A DNA stretch of 64,000 bases from the NCBI GenBank assembly GCA_005776395.1, contig SXPJ01000083.1:9737-73736 (forward strand), given 5' to 3'. Made by a program: the position numbers and the translations under genes. Of the stretch, positions 48,368 through 57,721 are shown one piece after another. Positions within the stretch are counted from its first letter, which is position 1. The number at the start of each line of letters is the position of its first letter. The notes below the pieces were generated by a model that saw nothing but the letters and a program-made list of their open reading frames with translations, did not search any database and was not told where the DNA came from. Origin of the DNA: Bdellovibrionales bacterium. GTDB lineage: Bacteria; Bdellovibrionota; FAC87; UBA2466.

Positions 48368-50170
48368 ATGGCACAAAATCTTTTCACTGACTTTCCTGAA
48401 CGTGTGGAACAATTAAAAAAATATTGTAACCTAGCCCAGCTCTCGGCCCCTCTTGAAGAGACTTTTGGCGAGAAAGATTTTTTTAAAAACTCTAATGAAG
48501 CTATGGAATTCTACTATGGAGTTCTCGAGGAATTGGGCAAATTGGCCGCCACTGTCATCCGACCTAGCGCTCAAGTTATAGATCAAACGGGAGCTCACTT
48601 AAAAGACGGTGAAGTGATTCTACCGAAAGAGCTCGAAGAAAACATTGCACGATTAAAATATCTTGGGATTTTTAGTGGCCTTGCAAGCAGAGCTCAGGGG
48701 GGATTTAACCTACCTCAGGCCGTACAGGCAATAGCATTGGAGATCTTATCTCATGCGTGTCCCAATACAGCTCTCACCGTGGCCTGTTATTCCATGGTTC
48801 CACTTCTAGAAACCTGGGGCACCGAAGAGCAAAAACAACGCATTCTCCCCAAACTAATTAATCTAGAATGGAAGTCCTCAATGGCTCTGACTGAGCCCAA
48901 TGCCGGTTCGGACCTGGGAAAGCTCAGAACTTCAGCCAAAAGAGAAGGTGACCGCTACATTATTAATGGAAACAAAATATTTATTACTGGGGGCTCAGGA
49001 GATGTGACCTTTGCACTTGTGAGAACCGATTCCAATAGCCACGGCCTCGATGGACTTTCAGTTTTAATCGTTCCGAGAAAAATTGAAGGTAAAGACAATT
49101 ACCGAGTTACAAAAATAGAGGACAAGATTTGTCTTCATGCCTCCCCCACCTGCGAAATTGTATTTGAAAATTCAGTAGGAGAGCTTCTAGGATCCGAGGG
49201 TCAGGGGTTCAAGGTTATGTTAGATCTCATGAACGATGCCCGACTTGCCATGGCTGCACTCGCCATCGGAATTGCCACGAGTTCTCTAGAAGAGGCTCAG
49301 AATTATGCTCGACAACGTATCACCATGGGAAAGCCAATTATTCAACACCCTATGGTAGCTGACATGATCTTTGAAATGGAATTAGAAACCAGAGCCATGA
49401 GAGCTATGGTTAATGAAGCCGCCATGTCTTTTGATTGGATGAAAGTTGCCAAGAAAAAAAACGATGAAAAAACTTTCAAGAAATGGAGAAAAAGATATCG
49501 TCGTCTTACCCCTCTCTGCAAATATTACTGCTGTGAAAAAGCGATTACCATTTCCCGAAATGCAGTACAGATTTTTGGCGGTTATGGCGTTTGTAGAGAG
49601 TATCCCGTAGAAAGACTTTTAAGAGAGGCTCTCATCTACCCGATTTATGAAGGAACTTCCCAAATTCAATCTCTAATGGTTTTAAAAGACTCTCTTAAAG
49701 ATGTTGCTTTTCAAGCCACTGGATTTCTCAGTTCCCTGGCAGGGGCTTGGGCTGAGTCTAAAGTAGCTTTAAATCCAGTTAAATCTAATCTTCTTAAAGC
49801 CCGTAATGAGCTTAATATCGCCATTAAATCTATTTTAATGAGCATTATTAAGGATAAGTTCAAAAGCGATATTAATGCTCTTAAGAATTCCAATATTCAG
49901 CAATTCTTAAAAGAGTACTCTCTTAATCTCCTAACCGCGAAAACGGACCTAACCTACCCCTTTTTAGTGGCTGAGAGATTCACTCGAATCACTTGTGATT
50001 ATTACGCTTTAAAATGCCTGAGCGATCAATTGCCTGACAAAGATAAGCCCCGTGAGAAATGGGTTGTAGATTTCGCGGATCTCGTTATTCCACGAATGAA
50101 GATGGAAAATGAATACATGTCCCACAGGTTACTTTCAACCTTAGATTACATGAGGCGTCATAACGCTTAA
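48368..50170 (+). CDS. Acyl-CoA dehydrogenase
   Basis: MALTEPNAGSDL, G.KIFITGG, MNDARL, QIFGGYG, IYEGTSQIQ. Confidence 0.93.
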   Translation: MAQNLFTDFPERVEQLKKYCNLAQLSAPLEETFGEKDFFKNSNEAMEFYYGVLEELGKLAATVIRPSAQVIDQTGAHLKDGEVILPKELEENIARLKYLGIFSGLASRAQGGFNLPQAVQAIALEILSHACPNTALTVACYSMVPLLETWGTEEQKQRILPKLINLEWKSSMALTEPNAGSDLGKLRTSAKREGDRYIINGNKIFITGGSGDVTFALVRTDSNSHGLDGLSVLIVPRKIEGKDNYRVTKIEDKICLHASPTCEIVFENSVGELLGSEGQGFKVMLDLMNDARLAMAALAIGIATSSLEEAQNYARQRITMGKPIIQHPMVADMIFEMELETRAMRAMVNEAAMSFDWMKVAKKKNDEKTFKKWRKRYRRLTPLCKYYCCEKAITISRNAVQIFGGYGVCREYPVERLLREALIYPIYEGTSQIQSLMVLKDSLKDVAFQATGFLSSLAGAWAESKVALNPVKSNLLKARNELNIAIKSILMSIIKDKFKSDINALKNSNIQQFLKEYSLNLLTAKTDLTYPFLVAERFTRITCDYYALKCLSDQLPDKDKPREKWVVDFADLVIPRMKMENEYMSHRLLSTLDYMRRHNA

Positions 50171-50191
50171 GGCTTTTACATAGATTCTAAA

Positions 50192-50220
50192 ATCATCGGC
50201 TGATATATTCGGCCGATGAT
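50192..50220 (+). terminator. Inverted repeat after acyl-CoA dehydrogenase, overlapping the rmuC promoter and start
   Basis: atcatcggctga-tatat-tcggccgatgat. Confidence 0.45.
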
Positions 50221-51409
50221 TTGGATTGCAATATCGTTAATAGGTCTGCTCCTGACAGGAGTTCTTTTTACTCTTCTTCATCGTTCTAACCAATCGCAGT
50301 TAGGTTCCGGCTTTAAAATGCTTCAGGAAACGGTCGAGGGTTTTCAACGAAACCTAATGGTAACCCAAAAAGAGTTTGAAAAAACTTATGAAGTTCGAAA
50401 CTCAACTTTTCGAATAGAACTCCAAGAGACCCTACAAAGCAGCCGAAAAGAGGTCCAATCAGGACTCGCCCACACGACTTTACTGCTAGAGCAAAAAGTT
50501 TCACAAATCGACCAACGCTTAGATCAAAGACTAAATTCACTTACTCAAAACGTAGGGAATAAACTAGAGCAGAATTTAAAAGACGGATTCCTTCATTTCG
50601 AAAAGATCCAAAACCATCTAAAACAGGCTGAACTTCAACTTCAACATTTAAACACCGTGGGACAGTCTATTAATGATCTGAACAATCTCTTAAAACTTCC
50701 CCACTTACGAGGTAATTTTGGAGAGGCCATCCTAGAACAGCTTTTAACCGATCTTCTCCCCCAAGATGCTTTTGAACTTCAATATCGAATTGTTCCCACT
50801 TCAACAGAACGGGTTGATGCTGTCATCAAATACCCACACAAAGTTCTTCCGATTGACAGTAAATTTCCTAGAGAACAGGTATTGCCTCTTTTCGAGACCC
50901 ATGATCCTTTGAAACTTGAAGAAGCTCGCAAAGATCTCGCTGATGTAATGAAAGGGCTCGCGAAATCCATTCGCGATAAGTACATTCATCCAGAATATGG
51001 GACCACTGAAATAGCACTGCTTTTCGTTCCTAGCGAAACCCTCTACTTCGAAATTCTCAAAAACTTAAAACTCTGCGAAGATCTAGCCAAACTAAAGATC
51101 TTTGCAGTTTCACCTAATACTTTAGCGATAACTTTGCACTCTTTAGCGTTATCAAGAAGCTACTATGAAATGGCTAAAGGGGTTGAAAAGACAATCATCG
51201 AGATAAAGAAATCCCAACAACACTTCAAAAATTTTGAAGGTCGTTTTCTTGAAGTCGGAAATTCGCTTTCTAAAGCTCAAACCACTTTCAATACGGCTGC
51301 GACACATCTTTCAAGATATCAGTCTGCAGTCTCACGCTTAACAGGGGTCGAGGCCGAAGAACCAATCCAACCTGAACTTAGCGCGCCGCTCCAACCCTTA
51401 AATTCATAA
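50216..51409 (+). CDS. rmuC: DNA recombination protein RmuC
   Basis: TM plus coiled coil, RGNFGE..LE, PIDSKFP, F.PSE.LY, SP.TL. Confidence 0.92.
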   Translation: MIWIAISLIGLLLTGVLFTLLHRSNQSQLGSGFKMLQETVEGFQRNLMVTQKEFEKTYEVRNSTFRIELQETLQSSRKEVQSGLAHTTLLLEQKVSQIDQRLDQRLNSLTQNVGNKLEQNLKDGFLHFEKIQNHLKQAELQLQHLNTVGQSINDLNNLLKLPHLRGNFGEAILEQLLTDLLPQDAFELQYRIVPTSTERVDAVIKYPHKVLPIDSKFPREQVLPLFETHDPLKLEEARKDLADVMKGLAKSIRDKYIHPEYGTTEIALLFVPSETLYFEILKNLKLCEDLAKLKIFAVSPNTLAITLHSLALSRSYYEMAKGVEKTIIEIKKSQQHFKNFEGRFLEVGNSLSKAQTTFNTAATHLSRYQSAVSRLTGVEAEEPIQPELSAPLQPLNS

Positions 51410-51461
51410 TTTCATGCAAAGCAGATTGCCGGGAATCGGTATTTTGGAATAAGAAGACTTT

Positions 51462-52799
51462 ATGAATCATTTCAGTTCTAAAATGCCCCCTCAAAATCTG
51501 GATGCCGAACAATCAGTTCTTGGCAGTATCCTTATAGATAACCAAGTTTTTCACAAAGTCATAGACTCCCTTTCACCTGAGGATTTCTACAGACCTGCCC
51601 ACAGTAAAATTTTCGGTGCCATGATTGAATTGGTTTCCAAGAGTCAGCCTATCGACGTAGTGACCCTGACATCCAAAATGAAATCACTGGGAATCTATGA
51701 AGAGGTAGGAGGAGCTGCCTATTTAGCTGAGCTTTTGGAGAGAGTGCCTACGGCTCTAAATGCTGAGTACCACGCTAAATTAATAAGAGATCAGGCAGTC
51801 AAACGAAATCTAGTTTCCCTTTGTACTGAAATTGCCAGCCGTGGCTTAGAGCCAGGAGAAACAACAGAAGAACTGTTGGACTACGCTGAAAAAAGAATTT
51901 TTTCTCTTTCAAGTACGAAACAAACCCGCAGTCTAGTCCCTGTCCGAGATGTCGTTAAAGATGCCTTCAAGGAATTAGAAAAGCGATTTGAGAATCAAGG
52001 ACAAATGACTGGAGTTGCCTCCGGATACATTGATCTAGATAAAATTACTCAAGGCTTTCAAAAATCGGACCTTATTATTGTAGCCTGTCGTCCAGGGATG
52101 GGAAAAACCAGTTTTTCGCTGGGGGTCGCTCGCTATGCTGCGACTCACGTTAAATCACCTGTGGTTTTTTTCTCTCTTGAGATGGCCAAAGAACAGATTG
52201 TTTCTCGTCTCTTAGCCGCAGAAGGAAAGGTAGATTCAACTCGTTTAAGAACGGGAAAACTTACTGAACAGGATTGGGACAGGCTAACTCGTGGAGCAGG
52301 AAGATTATCAGAAAGCCCCATCTATATCGACGATACCCCAGCCTTAACTGTTTTAGAAATGCGAAGCAAGGCTCGAAAACTAAAAAGCGAACTCGGTGAA
52401 ATCGGAATTATTGTTGTGGACTATCTTCAGATTATGGGAGCTACAAACAAAAATGATAACCGTGAGAAGGTTATCGCCGATATTTCAAGATCATTAAAAG
52501 CACTCGCTAAAGAGCTTAATGTTCCTGTAGTCGCCCTTTCACAGCTTAACCGGCAAATCGAAAATCGTCCGGACAAACGTCCTATGATGGCAGATCTTAG
52601 AGAGTCTGGAGCTATCGAACAAGATGCCGATATTATTCTATTCATTCACCGAGATGATATGGAAAATGTGCAACCCGGAGCTGTCAGCATGGCAGAGTTC
52701 ATTGTTAGAAAACATAGGAATGGCCCTCAAGGGACTGTTAAAGTAGCTTGGTTGGGGCAATACACTTCATTTGAAAATTTAAGTTCCCAAACGGTCTAA
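51462..52799 (+). CDS. dnaB: Replicative DNA helicase
   Basis: PPQN.DAEQ, RPGMGKT, SLEM, DYLQ, LSQLNR, LRESGAIEQDAD, KHRNG; no intein. Confidence 0.97.
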   Translation: MNHFSSKMPPQNLDAEQSVLGSILIDNQVFHKVIDSLSPEDFYRPAHSKIFGAMIELVSKSQPIDVVTLTSKMKSLGIYEEVGGAAYLAELLERVPTALNAEYHAKLIRDQAVKRNLVSLCTEIASRGLEPGETTEELLDYAEKRIFSLSSTKQTRSLVPVRDVVKDAFKELEKRFENQGQMTGVASGYIDLDKITQGFQKSDLIIVACRPGMGKTSFSLGVARYAATHVKSPVVFFSLEMAKEQIVSRLLAAEGKVDSTRLRTGKLTEQDWDRLTRGAGRLSESPIYIDDTPALTVLEMRSKARKLKSELGEIGIIVVDYLQIMGATNKNDNREKVIADISRSLKALAKELNVPVVALSQLNRQIENRPDKRPMMADLRESGAIEQDADIILFIHRDDMENVQPGAVSMAEFIVRKHRNGPQGTVKVAWLGQYTSFENLSSQTV

Positions 52800-52873
52800 T
52801 AAAAAATATCTTTTTTATTGGTCTTTGTGACTTTTCTTATGTTAGGATTTTTCTTAAGCTATGGGACTTTAAA

Positions 52874-53146
52874 TTGAAGAAGAGACCTAAAAAGAAACCC
52901 TCAGTACGCAAAAAAATCAAAGCCATCCCCAAGGGTGATGCGCTTCTTAACCACGTCATTAAATTAACCGGCCTTCCTCACAAAACCTTAAAACATGAAC
53001 TCAAAGAGATTCTGGAAAGAAAAAATATCAGTAGCCACAATTTAAATCTCGGACAATTGCGCTGCGCTGCTGCAAGCTATGTTCGAGAAATTATGACCTC
53101 TCTCGTAGATAAATGCGCTATGAAGAAGAGCGATTCCGTACATTAA
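52874..53146 (+). CDS. Small basic hypothetical protein
   Basis: TTG-start ORF on the same strand between dnaB and mltD. Confidence 0.55.
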   Translation: MKKRPKKKPSVRKKIKAIPKGDALLNHVIKLTGLPHKTLKHELKEILERKNISSHNLNLGQLRCAAASYVREIMTSLVDKCAMKKSDSVH

Positions 53147-53257
53147 TTCCCTTAAATTGAACCTCTTATTTTCTCAGTTTCAACTATTCGTTTCATTGAA
53201 AGACCATGATTGCTATGCTAACTTTAAACGTTTAGAAAACCCGGAAGGAAATGGTTC

Positions 53258-54766
53258 ATGCCCCTTAAACGTCACGGTTTATATTCTATTGTTCTTTTAA
53301 TGGTAGGGTCGATTTTAATTTCCTGTGCCTCGGTGAGTAAACCCATATCCGATTCTTCGAAAAACCCTTCAATACAGGTAGCTAAAAACGAAACGGAATC
53401 TACAACCCAAAACATTATTCCATTTCAAAAAGAATCAAGAGCCAGAACGGCTAGTGAGATTGAAAATCTGACTATCGATGACATTATAAGGTTGGAAGAG
53501 CCCAATACCCAAAACCTCTATGATAATAGCCGATATGATTTCCCTATTACTATGAATTCAAGAGTCGAGGGATGGATAGATTATTTTACTGGCAGAGGCC
53601 GTGGCCATATGGAGCGATATCTTTCTAGATCAAGCCGATATATGCCTGTAATGAAACAGATCTTTAAAAAAGCAGGTCTCCCGGAAGATCTAGTCTATTT
53701 AGCTTTGATTGAAAGTGGATTTAATCTACGTGCAAAATCTAGAGCTAAAGCTGTAGGCCCTTGGCAGTTTATGAAGGCCACGGGAAAACGTTATGGTCTG
53801 CGAGTTGATGCATGGGTTGATGAACGCAGAGATCCCTTGCGAAGCACTGAGGCTGCAGCCAATTATCTCAAAGACCTCTATTTGATGTTTGAATCCTGGT
53901 ATCTCGCAGCTAGCGCCTACAATGCCGGAGAGTATAAAGTTCTACGAGCTATTGAAGAAACGAAAACCAATAACTACTGGCGAATTTGTGAAACAAAAAT
54001 GCTTCGTCGGGAAACTAAAGACTATGTTCCCAAATTAATTGCAGCAGCGATCATAGCTAAAAACTCCACCAAATATGGTTTTTCTGAAGTCGATTACCAA
54101 GAGCCCTTGCAATTTGACAGTGTTGAGATAACCACGCCCGTCAAATTAAAATCGATAGCAAAAATGGTTCATGCCTCTGAAGATGACATTCTAGAGTTAA
54201 ATCCAGCTTATGCTCGCTCGGTCACCCCCCCTTCAGGAGGCCCCTACGAATTAAGAGTTCCTCCAGGAACAAAAGTACTCCTTGAAAGAACGCTCGCATC
54301 AAATATCTCTACTATAGAAACTGGAGAGTTTCCCACTGAAATTACGGTTAAATCAGGAGAGACTCTAAAATCTATAGCTTCAAAATATCGAGTTAACTCT
54401 AAAGAGTTGGCCAATATTAACAACATGAGCACTCGTGAAAAAATCGTATCTGGAACTGTTTTGATTCTTCCTCGAGGAACATTAGTTCAAACGACAAAAA
54501 AACCAGCTCAAACTGCGGCCAATCGAACTCCATCCTCAAAACCGTCCGATTCCATAGCCCCCGATTTTGTCACTCACACTGTTAAAAAGGGCGAATCTCT
54601 TTGGTCCATTTCTGAGCAATATAATGTAACCATTCAAAGTCTATTTAGATGGAACAATCTGAAACGATCCCAAATTATGCCAGGCAAACAGATAAAAATT
54701 AGGGTTGCAAAGAACAAGGAATCGAGTCGGGCCAATTCAAAAAAATCGGCTCCAAAAAAATCTTAG
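53258..54766 (+). CDS. mltD: MltD-type lytic transglycosylase with LysM domains, lipoprotein
   Basis: LISC lipobox, IESGF, A.G.WQFM..TG, AYNAGE, ETKDYVPK, two LysM (VKSGETL, VKKGESLW). Confidence 0.92.
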   Translation: MPLKRHGLYSIVLLMVGSILISCASVSKPISDSSKNPSIQVAKNETESTTQNIIPFQKESRARTASEIENLTIDDIIRLEEPNTQNLYDNSRYDFPITMNSRVEGWIDYFTGRGRGHMERYLSRSSRYMPVMKQIFKKAGLPEDLVYLALIESGFNLRAKSRAKAVGPWQFMKATGKRYGLRVDAWVDERRDPLRSTEAAANYLKDLYLMFESWYLAASAYNAGEYKVLRAIEETKTNNYWRICETKMLRRETKDYVPKLIAAAIIAKNSTKYGFSEVDYQEPLQFDSVEITTPVKLKSIAKMVHASEDDILELNPAYARSVTPPSGGPYELRVPPGTKVLLERTLASNISTIETGEFPTEITVKSGETLKSIASKYRVNSKELANINNMSTREKIVSGTVLILPRGTLVQTTKKPAQTAANRTPSSKPSDSIAPDFVTHTVKKGESLWSISEQYNVTIQSLFRWNNLKRSQIMPGKQIKIRVAKNKESSRANSKKSAPKKS

Positions 54767-54811
54767 GATAGCAGCAATTCTCGGCACCCAAAATTACTGT
54801 GGCTAGGGTTT

Positions 54812-57721
54812 TTAAAATACACCTATCGTGAAGTTAAACTTAATAACTTCTTTATCTCTTCCTATTCCCTGAGAGACATCTATCACCGCAGGCCCTACTG
54901 GAGTCTTGTACCTTAAACCCATTCCTACTCCATCATGTCGAAGATCCGCAAACCAAGATTTCCCAGCTAGTTTCGAAAAGATCTGCCCCGAATCAATAAA
55001 AATGGCTGCACTTAAATCCCCTAAAATAGCAGCTCTTAGTTCTCCCCGTAGATTATAAAATCCAGTAGCGACAGAGTCGGGTTGAGGATTGAATCGTCTT
55101 GGAGAGAATCCTCTAATGGATCCCTGCCCACCTAAGGATAGATCCGTAAGTAATCGTGCTTTTGGAATGGCGTAAAGATGATCAATAGAGTCTGCATAGC
55201 CTGCTCCAGCGAAAAAAGCTAAGCCAAAAGGCTCAACTAAGGGAACATAAAATAAATTTTTAGCTATTAACATAATAAACCCTACCTCTTTACTAGAGAA
55301 AAGAGCCGGTAGAGCTAGTTCACCGTCCAGAGTATGCAAGCTACCCGAGGTTGGATTAAAAGAATCATCTCTAAAATCCAACTGAAATCCAGGCCCCGTA
55401 GAGCCGATATCGACCACTTCAGCAGAAGGGGGAAATCCAGGCTGATAATTATTCCCATTGGGATTAGTCGGGTTATTAGGATCGTTGGCATCTAAGAGAA
55501 TTAAAGTTTTAGTTGTGGCTCGCTCGTAACGATGAAACCTATAGATAAATTTAAATGCCTGAGAAATTTTTTTTTCTATCCTCTCTTCAATTCTTGCTCG
55601 ACTTTGCAAATTAGAAATAGCCCCACCGGAACTTGTTCCTACCTCATAGTTATCTAAACTAGCTTGACTAAAAAATACTGCTGGAACATTAAATAAATAC
55701 GGGGCTCGATATCCAAGAATAGCCGAATATTCAATGAATGGAACCCTTTCAAACTTTTGAGTTAAAGGCAATCCAACTTCGGTTCTAACTGATGCCGTCT
55801 GGTTCAAACCAAAAACATTGTTATAAGCTATCCCTACAAAGCCTCGTAATCGAAATCTAGGATCTTCATAGACAGCTCCGAGCCCGAGTTCACCACTTCC
55901 AGCTTTTGTTTCGAGCACTACTACTTTTATATTCTTTTTATTTTTTTCATTGAGATCAACAGAGCCTATCAACTCAGCTCTTGAAAAAAGCCCAGTCAAA
56001 AGAAGTTCATCCTCAGACTGACGACTTTTCTTAAGGTTATATTTCTCCCCGGATTTTAGGCGAATCTCTCTCTCTATAACTTCAGTTTTCGTATACCTAT
56101 TACCCTCAATGGTAATATTACCCACAAAGTATTGAATCCCTTCATCGATTGAAATTCGTACGATAGCCTTAGAGGGATCCTCTCCAAACACAATCTCGTC
56201 ACCTTTGGAGAGCTTTACATCTGTGTAGCCCTCAGCAAGATAAAACTGTTCAACTTCCTCTCTGGATTTTTGAATGAGGCTTCGTTTAACGGGCTCCCCA
56301 ACTTTAAAAAGCAACAACGCCTCTAATTCCTTTCTTCTCTGGGCCTCCACCCCTTGAATATCGATACGACTTATCCGAGTTTGGCTACCAAGCTCCACAT
56401 TAAAAATGAGATCAACCCCTTTTTTATCCTCGGAGAAGCTTAGTCTAGGCACAGGTAGGGAAACCCTTAAATAGCCTTTCTCCTCAAGTGCCTCGATCAT
56501 ATTCTTGCAAGTCTGTTCAAATCCAGACTCCCAAAAGATCCCCCGTTGCAGAACTCCGATTGCGTTCTGATAAAAAAGCTCCTGAAACTTATTAGCCCCA
56601 ATCTCGCTAGCACCATTTACTACGATCGAATCAATGATAACTTTTGAACCTTCATTAATAAGAAATCGATAACTTTGTATCTTTCCGTTTTTATTTTTCT
56701 CACTTATCGCTGTAACTTTACAAAAGTGATAACCCACCGATTTATATTTCTCTTCGATCATCTGACTAATAAATCTAACCGGATCAGATTGACCTAAAAC
56801 TTCAGCCGTAATCCACTGCTGGATAACATCCACGGGAAAAATGGTATTCCCCATAAATATAAACTGAAATTTTTTACCCACTTTAAGAACAAACTCAACC
56901 TCAACCCGGGTCTTATTTTCATTAAAATTAAGATTAGTTTCATCCACTTTAGAATCCGGGTATTGATTAGCTACAAAGTATTCATTGAGGCTATTAATAG
57001 AAGATTCAAGAGCCACTCGAGTAAAGGGATCCCCAACTTTGAGTGTAATGGCTCTTCTGAATTCAAAGGACTGCTCTTTATCAATGTTGCTCAATTTAAC
57101 TCGACTGACTCGGGTTGGAACCCCTTCAATAACTCTAATTTTCAAATCAACAAAGTCTGTTTCAGGCACTTTAATGACTTGCGCATCAACGTCGACGAAA
57201 AAATATCCACGAGATTCATAAGCAGTCTTAATCCCTTGTTTCAACTGCATTACCTTTCGTGGCTCAAGGACTTTTCCTGATTCGATTTGATGGGCATAGA
57301 TCTGAACTTCGTTTTTAATATCTGCTCGCAACTGAGAGATCTCTAATTCTCTCAACCTTCGGGCCAAACCCACATCCACAGTTAGCGCTAAGCCTTTTGG
57401 GGTCTCTTTTTTTCTCAGAAAAAGGCTCTGTACCTTGCCAGATTCCACAAGGCGTCTTATCCCGTCATCAACTTTATGAAGCTCTAAAAAACTCCCCACC
57501 TCAAGGCCTAGAGCCTTCTGGACATGTAAACTTTCAGATGAACTCAATGTGGGAGTTTCAATGGATTGAATGCGGAAAGAGCCAGGATTGCCTTCTGGAA
57601 AAACCTTACTCAAACTGAAAATGATACCTAAAATCCAGACCGTAAGATTTAATGGAATCGTTTTGGGTTGTTCCTCTGATTTTATCAACGGCACTCGCAT
57701 TAACTGTGAAATTATCATCAA
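54812..57721 (-). CDS. Omp85 family outer-membrane protein with multiple POTRA domains (TamA/BamA-like); start uncertain
   Basis: Repeated Y...GY POTRA motifs, IRGF, G.GLRYKTPVGP, C-terminal F. Confidence 0.88.
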   Translation of the reverse strand: MMIISQLMRVPLIKSEEQPKTIPLNLTVWILGIIFSLSKVFPEGNPGSFRIQSIETPTLSSSESLHVQKALGLEVGSFLELHKVDDGIRRLVESGKVQSLFLRKKETPKGLALTVDVGLARRLRELEISQLRADIKNEVQIYAHQIESGKVLEPRKVMQLKQGIKTAYESRGYFFVDVDAQVIKVPETDFVDLKIRVIEGVPTRVSRVKLSNIDKEQSFEFRRAITLKVGDPFTRVALESSINSLNEYFVANQYPDSKVDETNLNFNENKTRVEVEFVLKVGKKFQFIFMGNTIFPVDVIQQWITAEVLGQSDPVRFISQMIEEKYKSVGYHFCKVTAISEKNKNGKIQSYRFLINEGSKVIIDSIVVNGASEIGANKFQELFYQNAIGVLQRGIFWESGFEQTCKNMIEALEEKGYLRVSLPVPRLSFSEDKKGVDLIFNVELGSQTRISRIDIQGVEAQRRKELEALLLFKVGEPVKRSLIQKSREEVEQFYLAEGYTDVKLSKGDEIVFGEDPSKAIVRISIDEGIQYFVGNITIEGNRYTKTEVIEREIRLKSGEKYNLKKSRQSEDELLLTGLFSRAELIGSVDLNEKNKKNIKVVVLETKAGSGELGLGAVYEDPRFRLRGFVGIAYNNVFGLNQTASVRTEVGLPLTQKFERVPFIEYSAILGYRAPYLFNVPAVFFSQASLDNYEVGTSSGGAISNLQSRARIEERIEKKISQAFKFIYRFHRYERATTKTLILLDANDPNNPTNPNGNNYQPGFPPSAEVVDIGSTGPGFQLDFRDDSFNPTSGSLHTLDGELALPALFSSKEVGFIMLIAKNLFYVPLVEPFGLAFFAGAGYADSIDHLYAIPKARLLTDLSLGGQGSIRGFSPRRFNPQPDSVATGFYNLRGELRAAILGDLSAAIFIDSGQIFSKLAGKSWFADLRHDGVGMGLRYKTPVGPAVIDVSQGIGRDKEVIKFNFTIGVF

